A stretch of 64,000 nucleotides of DNA from Candidatus Roizmanbacteria bacterium RIFCSPHIGHO2_02_FULL_40_13b. GTDB taxonomy: Bacteria > Patescibacteriota > Microgenomatia > UBA1406 > HO2-37-13b. Below the pieces are notes generated by a model that was not told where the DNA came from, did no database searches, and worked only from the letters and a program-made list of their open reading frames with translations. This document shows positions 58,002-64,000 of the stretch, one piece after another. The stretch is from the NCBI GenBank assembly GCA_001789445.1, contig MFZQ01000014.1:11557-75556 (forward strand), written 5' to 3'. Position 1 is the stretch's first letter; every line of letters starts with the position of its first letter. The position numbers and the translations under genes are program-made.

Positions 58002-59439
58002 AATATGAACGCAACAATTTTATGGAGTCAACTAACTTAGTATTAAAATCTTTTCCTCTGTTCGACGGATAATGAATACAGTTTCTTATGTATGTTGGCA
58101 GAGTTATCTTCTTATCTCCTTTTTTTAATGGGTACTCTTGTTCGAGTTTTTTTACCTGCACAAAATAACCATTATCAAATTCTTTTATCCCAACAGCGTC
58201 TTTATTATTTTCATCGCCATAAACCGCTCTGAGATGATCGTATAATTCGTTATGATAATCAGTGCTAGAAATTTCAAAAACATCGTACGTCACACTTGCA
58301 TATGTTGATGCTTTTTTTTCAAATTGTTTTTTTTCTGTTTTTTCTTTCTTTGTTTCCTTGTTAGGATTTTTAAATATTTTGTAGTTTCTGCTTAAGTCGT
58401 CCTTATCTATCATGTAGTTAGAATGTGTAGCAAAAAAAACAATATTATTTCTTCCACTCCGAGTAATCTTCACCAACTCTTTTAACAAGTCTTCTTGAGC
58501 TTGCGGATGAAGATGGGTTTCTGGTTCATCGAGTAACAAGATTGAGTTAGAGAGTTCGTTGTTTCTATTTTGCGCAGATACTGTTAAAAGAAAAGACACG
58601 AACTGCTTAAATCCATCGCTTCTCTGATCAGCAGTTTTTGCCTTTCCTTTCGTACCGATATCGTGTACATGAAAATTTATTAAACCATCTGATATGTCAA
58701 ATGTTACTTTGATCGGGTGTTTCGGCCAGGCTGTATTAATATGTTCGCTTACTTTATCACTCAGTTCAGTTTTCAACTGTTCGCGCTCGGTAGATTCTTT
58801 AGCTAGGTCTACTCTTGCCTTAATGGCATCCTGCCCAATAATCCCAGCAAGTGCAAAACAATTTTTTAATGGCACTGAGATATCATCTGGTGTACTTGCA
58901 AATTGATCTAAATCTATTGGTTGGGAAATTAAATATCGATCCTCAGCTGTCCAAAAAATAGTTTTATGGGCTTTGTTTAAAATTGATTCCTTTATAAGCT
59001 CTTGAGCTGCAGATTTATTTTCATAATCATCCGTAATATTAATAATTTCTAATTTAATTTCAGACTGGCTTGGATTTGCATAATTAAAACCAATAACAAG
59101 TTTGATGTCTTTTATGTCAACGTCTTTTGTATCTATTGGTGTTTCTTGGGATTTTAAAAGCTCTTTATATTGATTTGCTTCATCCTCTTCTAAAGAGTAT
59201 GAATATTCAATCTCTATTGACTTCAATCTATCTTTAAAATCGTTCTTTAGTGGTAAAGGATTACCTTTTTCATCTTTAAGACCATCTTTTAATGCCAATG
59301 CTTTTAGAATGGTTGACTTGCCCGCCTCATTGACACCGATCAAACCATAAGTAAAAGTATTATCACTAAGAGGTATAATATCAAAAGATATTTCTTCTAT
59401 ACTTCTGTAATTCTTTATTTGTATTGACTTTAATATCAT
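57991..59439 (-). CDS. ABC/OLD-type ATPase with C-terminal HEPN-like motif
   Basis: NYRSI, GVNEAGKST, RSDG, LLLDEPETHLHP, ATHS, PTYIRNCIH. Confidence 0.75.
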   Translation of the reverse strand: MILKSIQIKNYRSIEEISFDIIPLSDNTFTYGLIGVNEAGKSTILKALALKDGLKDEKGNPLPLKNDFKDRLKSIEIEYSYSLEEDEANQYKELLKSQETPIDTKDVDIKDIKLVIGFNYANPSQSEIKLEIINITDDYENKSAAQELIKESILNKAHKTIFWTAEDRYLISQPIDLDQFASTPDDISVPLKNCFALAGIIGQDAIKARVDLAKESTEREQLKTELSDKVSEHINTAWPKHPIKVTFDISDGLINFHVHDIGTKGKAKTADQRSDGFKQFVSFLLTVSAQNRNNELSNSILLLDEPETHLHPQAQEDLLKELVKITRSGRNNIVFFATHSNYMIDKDDLSRNYKIFKNPNKETKKEKTEKKQFEKKASTYASVTYDVFEISSTDYHNELYDHLRAVYGDENNKDAVGIKEFDNGYFVQVKKLEQEYPLKKGDKKITLPTYIRNCIHYPSNRGKDFNTKLVDSIKLLRSYYEK

Positions 59440-59442
59440 ATT

Positions 59443-60894
59443 TTATAAATATTTACTGATGCTATTTAATATCTGTCCACTTTTCTGATCCAAGCTTCTC
59501 ATTTCTTCCAAAATCTCCTTTGGATTGCGTAATGGTGCCGAGCCAATTTTGTTTGGATTTTTTACCGATAAGTCAAATGTTTTTTGATCGATATTTTTAA
59601 CATCAATGCTCCACGAGTTTTCGCTATCTGCTTTTGTTTTTTGTAGTTCGACAAATTCTGCCAAGTCCGCTTCGCTTAATGGGTTGCCCTTACCGAGGTT
59701 GCGGGTGAGGTTGAGTTGGTAAAACCAAACTTTTTTTGTTGATGCGCCTTTTTCAAAAAATAATACAACGGTTTTAACCCCTGCTCCGGCAAATACACCA
59801 CCTGGGAGATCAAGCACTGTGTGTAGATTGCAACTTTCTAGAAGAAGTTTCCGCAGCGAAACAGAGGCATTGTCGGTATTAGAAAGAAACGTATTTTTGA
59901 TAACAATACCAGCCTTACCACCTGCTTTTAGAATTTTGATGAAGTGTTGAAGAAAAAGAAACGCTGTTTCGCCTGTTTTAATTGGGAAGTTTTGTTGAAT
60001 TTCTCGTCCAATTCCAGCGCCGAAAGGTGGATTGGCCAAGACTATGTCATATCGATCTTTTTCTTGAATATCATTGATATTTTCAGCCAATGTATTCATG
60101 TGCCGAATATTTGGCGCTTCAATACCGTGCAAAATCATATTCATAATGCCTATGATATATGCGAGTGATTTTATTTCTTTACCATAGAAAGTTTTGTTTT
60201 GCAGTATTGATATCTGACTTGATGAAAGCTTTGACTGATTTTGAGTGAGGTAGTTAAATGATTCAACCAAAAAGCCTGCACTTCCACACGCTCCATCGTA
60301 AATTGTCTCACTAATTTTCGGCGCAACTACTTTTACAATCGTTTTAATAAGTGGACGTGGTGTGTAATACTCGCCACCATTTCGGCCCGCGTTGCCCATG
60401 TTTTTTATTTTGGCTTCGTAAAGATGTGAAAGTTCGTGTTTCTCTTCATATAGTCGGAAGTGCATGCCGTCAACGATATTTAAAATCTCCCGCAATTTAT
60501 ACCCACTGGAAATTTTATTTTTGAGTTCATGAAAAATTTCGCCAATCTTATATTCAATTGTATTTGGATCTTCCGCTCTAAATTTCTTGAGATATGGAAA
60601 CAGATTATTATTTACAAAATCTTTTAGATCGTCACCATCAAGCGCTTTATTATGATCGAGTTTGCCTTCGTCGTTCTTTGGACACGCCCATATATTCCAC
60701 TGGTATTCCGGAGACAAAATATATTTATATTCCTTCCCAGCTAGTGCCGCTTCCGTTCGTTTTGTTTCCTCCAGACCATCAAGATATTTCAAAAAGAGAA
60801 CCCATGAAGTTTGTTCCACATAATCAAGCTCTGTTCCACAACCGGAATCGGTATGAAGAATATTGTCAATGTTTTTGAATGATTGCTCGAACAT
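59443..60894 (-). CDS. hsdM: Type I methyltransferase subunit M
   Basis: GEYYTPR, DGACGSAGFL, ANPPF. Confidence 0.93.
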   Translation of the reverse strand: MFEQSFKNIDNILHTDSGCGTELDYVEQTSWVLFLKYLDGLEETKRTEAALAGKEYKYILSPEYQWNIWACPKNDEGKLDHNKALDGDDLKDFVNNNLFPYLKKFRAEDPNTIEYKIGEIFHELKNKISSGYKLREILNIVDGMHFRLYEEKHELSHLYEAKIKNMGNAGRNGGEYYTPRPLIKTIVKVVAPKISETIYDGACGSAGFLVESFNYLTQNQSKLSSSQISILQNKTFYGKEIKSLAYIIGIMNMILHGIEAPNIRHMNTLAENINDIQEKDRYDIVLANPPFGAGIGREIQQNFPIKTGETAFLFLQHFIKILKAGGKAGIVIKNTFLSNTDNASVSLRKLLLESCNLHTVLDLPGGVFAGAGVKTVVLFFEKGASTKKVWFYQLNLTRNLGKGNPLSEADLAEFVELQKTKADSENSWSIDVKNIDQKTFDLSVKNPNKIGSAPLRNPKEILEEMRSLDQKSGQILNSISKYL

Positions 60895-60936
60895 AGGTTA
60901 GTTTCTAAATATGGCTCCATTCTACCACTCCATAGC

Positions 60937-61191
60937 CTATTTATACACTCCTTGTCTGTGGCCGATTTTGATAACTAAAATAAGCAATTGATGTTGATAA
61001 ATTTGATAGATGATTCGGTAAGGCCACATACGAAAACTATATGATCCTTTATATTCTCCTTCTAATTTTTTACCAATAAGTGGATTTATCGATAATGAAA
61101 TGAATGCGGAAAGAATTCTGTTGTATTCTTTTTTTGGAATTTTTTTAAGTTTTTTTTCGACTGTTGGTTTTAGTTTTACTTGGTATGCCAT
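60937..61191 (-). CDS. RelE/ParE-family toxin
   Basis: KKLEG, R...YRIIY, IGHRQGVYK. Confidence 0.85.
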   Translation of the reverse strand: MAYQVKLKPTVEKKLKKIPKKEYNRILSAFISLSINPLIGKKLEGEYKGSYSFRMWPYRIIYQIYQHQLLILVIKIGHRQGVYK

Positions 61192-61504
61192 ATTTCTTTG
61201 CGACTTTATCAGAAACTAAAAAGCCCTCTTGTTTCAGTAGGGCATCTAGTGTGACCCAATTTTTATACTCTCCTGATTCAAACGCTTTATGTGCTTCTTC
61301 AATATCTTTTGAAAGATCAGGAAATTGTTCCATTACCTCGAATGTCTCTTGCCATGATTCAAACTCTTCAGCTGATATAAGTACCGCTTTGGGCCGACCT
61401 TTTTCAGTAAAAGTATAGTGCACTCCCGGCTGTTGTACCGCTTCGGCAATATCAAAAATATTCTTTCGCGCTTCTGTTATTGGAATAGTTGTTTTTGTGT
61501 TCAT
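61145..61504 (-). CDS. Phd/YefM-family antitoxin
   Basis: ITEARKN, TEKGRPKAVLISAEEFESWQET. Confidence 0.85.
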   Translation of the reverse strand: MNTKTTIPITEARKNIFDIAEAVQQPGVHYTFTEKGRPKAVLISAEEFESWQETFEVMEQFPDLSKDIEEAHKAFESGEYKNWVTLDALLKQEGFLVSDKVAKKYGIPSKTKTNSRKKT

Positions 61505-61551
61505 AGTATTACGTACATAATAACGTACGCTTCCTATTTTGTCAAGAGCTA

Positions 61552-62217
61552 TTATATTTGTCCTTTTTCTTTAAATGAAACGTATTTCGATGAACTCACA
61601 ATAATATGATCTGCCATTTCTATTCCCAGTATTTTCCCAGCTTCAATAATTCGTTTTGTAACAAGTTCATCATCATGTGAAGGTTCGGGATCACCTGATG
61701 GATGATTGTGGACGATAATAATACTTGCCGCATTATGCTTTAATGCCGGCGCAAATACATCGCGCGGGTGAACAATACTAGCATTAAGCGTACCGATTGA
61801 AATTGTTTCCGTCGTGATAAGTTGATTGCGCGCATCAAGGTAAAGTGCTACAAAATGTTCTTTCTTTTTATGACGAATGTCGCCTACTACTTTAATAACA
61901 TCGCCAGGTGTTGTAATTTTAATTGACGGATCATTTTTAAAAATACGCTTAGCGATTTCAAGAGATGCGGAAATAATAGATGCACGTGAAGTTCCAACAC
62001 CTTTTAATTTAGCGATTTCTTTTGGGTCCATTGCGGCTATATCCATAAAAGACAACGTTTTTAGAATTCGCTTAGCAACGCTTATTACATTTTGACCTTT
62101 ATAACCAGTGCGAAGTAATATTGCGAGCAGTTCAAAATCATGCAATGCACGGGGTCCTTTTTCAAAGAGTTTTTCACGAGGTTGACTTGAATGGGGCAGG
62201 TCCTTGATGCTAGCCAT
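61552..62217 (-). CDS. radC: RadC-family JAB protein
   Basis: PREKL, ELLAILLRTG, HPRDVF, HNHPSGD..PS..D, DHII. Confidence 0.93.
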   Translation of the reverse strand: MASIKDLPHSSQPREKLFEKGPRALHDFELLAILLRTGYKGQNVISVAKRILKTLSFMDIAAMDPKEIAKLKGVGTSRASIISASLEIAKRIFKNDPSIKITTPGDVIKVVGDIRHKKKEHFVALYLDARNQLITTETISIGTLNASIVHPRDVFAPALKHNAASIIIVHNHPSGDPEPSHDDELVTKRIIEAGKILGIEMADHIIVSSSKYVSFKEKGQI

Positions 62218-62263
62218 GCTCTATTCTACCACTCGTCCTTCCCAAATGCGCTGGGATGTGCGT

Positions 62264-62389
62264 GGATCCCGAAACGAGTTCGGGATGACGGCGGGCAAGG
62301 CACGTTCAGGATGACCCCACTTCGTCACGTTCATGTAAACCGAACGTGACTACGAGGGGCAAGCAGAGGGTGGGATCAGGATGACAGAG
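62264..62389. repeat. Cluster of REP-like palindromes
   Basis: ggatcccgaaacgagttcgggatgac, gttcaggatgac, gtcacgttc..gaacgtgac hairpin, tcaggatgacagag. Confidence 0.75.
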
Positions 62390-63206
62390 AGGGCTTAAGT
62401 TTCTTGATGGATGGATTTCCCAGGAGTGATTTCATTTGTGAAATTGCACTCTGATTGAGCTGAATTAATCTTTCGGGCTGAGAAATTCCTTTTTTAATGA
62501 GTTCTGCGTTTATTCCTTCCAGATTTGCGAGTACTACCAGTTTTGTTACATCTTCATAATCGCGAATATTTCCATCTTTTTTAGGATTTTGATCTCGCCA
62601 ATCCTTAGCAGTCCTACCAAATAACGCACTATTTAATACATCGGCTTCTGTTGCATAGACGACAGTGATAGATTGTTTCGAAATGTTTGGTGGGATCAAG
62701 TGTATCATAATCGCATCGGTATGGATTCGATAATTAATTTTAGTGAGCTGTCTTTTTATATCCCAACCCAAAGCCAATCGTTCATTTTCTTCTGATTTAA
62801 GTCGTTGAAATTCCTTGATTAAATACAACTTAAATTCTGGGCTAATCCAACTGGCAAATTCAAAGGCAATGTCGCGGTGCGCAAAAGTACCTCCATATCT
62901 ACCAGCCGACGACCGAATACCTATCGCATTTGTTTTTTTAATCCACTTTGAAGATGATACTATAAAGCCATTTGAGCCGGCTTCGTTTTTAATGTTATTG
63001 AATTCCATAACATTAAAATTTGGATTATGCACCTGTTCCCAAGTGCCCATAAATTGAATTGTATACTTCGTAGATAGCCAATTCACAATTACTATACCCG
63101 TTGCTTCACGATCTTTGAATTTGGCCATATCAGTCAAAGAAATATATTCTTCCTCATTGTCTTTCACGACTGCTATTTGTAGACCTTGAGCAATAATTTT
63201 TTTCAC
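62376..63206 (-). CDS. KilA-N domain DNA-binding protein
   Basis: YISLTDMA, GRYGGTFAH.DIAFEFASWISPEFKLYLIKEFQRLK. Confidence 0.88.
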   Translation of the reverse strand: MKKIIAQGLQIAVVKDNEEEYISLTDMAKFKDREATGIVIVNWLSTKYTIQFMGTWEQVHNPNFNVMEFNNIKNEAGSNGFIVSSSKWIKKTNAIGIRSSAGRYGGTFAHRDIAFEFASWISPEFKLYLIKEFQRLKSEENERLALGWDIKRQLTKINYRIHTDAIMIHLIPPNISKQSITVVYATEADVLNSALFGRTAKDWRDQNPKKDGNIRDYEDVTKLVVLANLEGINAELIKKGISQPERLIQLNQSAISQMKSLLGNPSIKKLKPSLSS

Positions 63207-63334
63207 GACATTATTCTACCACGTTTAGACTCTGTAAATGGGCTGGAATGAGGGGAACACCTTTCACTTTACAACCTAAAAAGTGTTTTAAATTAAGGTA
63301 GCTTTCATGTATAATAGCCCTTACTAAAGCAATA

Positions 63335-63406
63335 TCCCCTGTAGCTCAACGGTAGAGCAGGATCCTGTTAAGATCAAGGTTCGTGGTTCGAATCCACGCG
63401 GGGGAG
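63335..63406 (+). tRNA. tRNA-Asn(GTT), no encoded CCA
   Basis: Acceptor TCCCCTG/CGGGGGA, D-arm TAGCTCAACGGTAGAGC, gatc-ctGTTaa-gatc, GGTTCGAATCC. Confidence 0.93.
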
Positions 63407-64000
63407 CCTAGATGGATGAGTGTTCAATTCCACAAGGTATGAAAAGGGGAATCTGTGCTCTACAACAACCTCTTTGTTAGTCAAAAAAAGGTTCGAAGAT
63501 ACCTTCCTCAAAAAAAGATATTGTGGTAGCTCTTTTGCCTTCAAAAAATACTTTTCAGCGTTCTGACAGAGCAAAAAGAAGTTCGAAGCTTTTTTCTGCC
63601 AATCAAGGCTATTTTTTTCCAGCTTATTTTGTGTCCCCAAAAGCTGAATCCTGTCATTTTCTTTTTTCTGTTTGTATTCCTCATATACTTCATCAGGACT
63701 CTTGTCCCCTATGGCTGTTATTTTCCCAGCAATCCGCATCTCAAAGAGATTCTTTAGCTCGGTATCAATTTGACCAATACGTTTACTTATATTGACCAAT
63801 AATTTATTCTGATCCTCCTTCAATGCAGAATACTCCCGATCCATCTCCTCAAGTAGAAATTCAGAAAGATCCATGCCTATGTCGATAGGTGCAACTACCT
63901 TGTCAGCAAACTCCTGTACAAGGTCCAATCGATTGATGCTAGGCTGTGTGCAAGTGTGGCGACCTCGTGATTTTGTGCAATGATAGAGGCAATGTTCAGT
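63374..64000 (-). CDS. C-terminal part of a probable large serine recombinase (runs off the window)
   Basis: The frame is open to the edge, with a YHCTKSRGRHTCTQPSI zinc-ribbon-like motif and a coiled coil. The C-terminus is read from the antisense strand of the tRNA. Confidence 0.65.
   Translation of the reverse strand, partial: TEHCLYHCTKSRGRHTCTQPSINRLDLVQEFADKVVAPIDIGMDLSEFLLEEMDREYSALKEDQNKLLVNISKRIGQIDTELKNLFEMRIAGKITAIGDKSPDEVYEEYKQKKENDRIQLLGTQNKLEKNSLDWQKKASNFFLLCQNAEKYFLKAKELPQYLFLRKVSSNLFLTNKEVVVEHRFPFSYLVELNTHPSRLPRVDSNHEP

Noticed and set aside
53735-63206. Prophage or island bounded by tRNA-Asn
   Set aside because: No phage structural genes and no att duplicate seen. The region lies 5' of the tRNA, whereas the recombinase points to an element on the 3' side.
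1-64000. CRISPR array
   Set aside because: No regularly spaced direct repeats with unique spacers and no cas genes. The repeats seen are dispersed palindromes.

Overview
64 kb of chromosome from an AT-rich, reduced-genome bacterium. By inference from gene content it is a Patescibacteria/CPR lineage of Microgenomates (Roizmanbacteria-like) type: archaeal-type pyrH and AMP phosphorylase, pilN/pilO-like genes, a CPDG cysteine-motif peptide and many apparently leaderless genes. About 1-41 kb is mostly housekeeping (pyrH, recF, tRNA-Ser, P-type ATPase, dnaG-rpoD, two UvrD helicases, femX-like, tpiA, LCP, rpsT, murJ, mltG, ftsK, pnp-rpsO, hrcA-grpE-dnaK-dnaJ, efp, mutY, typA). About 41-53 kb is metal/stress accessory DNA (ZIP transporter, TA pair, CsoR-CopA copper cluster). 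About 53.7-64 kb is a defence/mobile region (type I R-M with embedded accessory genes, TA pair, radC, KilA-N, tRNA-Asn overlapped by a probable serine recombinase). The three most unusual signals are: (1) a GC-rich lytic transglycosylase gene built like an rRNA transcription unit, with a consensus promoter, a boxA-like motif and a perfect 15-bp inverted repeat enclosing about 1.1 kb; (2) two unannotated 73-nt hairpins 24 kb apart that share a tandem-GA architecture with compensatory changes; (3) families of short palindromic repeats that nest inside each other and sit in frame inside protein-coding genes. All calls come from reading motifs by eye; no searches or folding programs were run.
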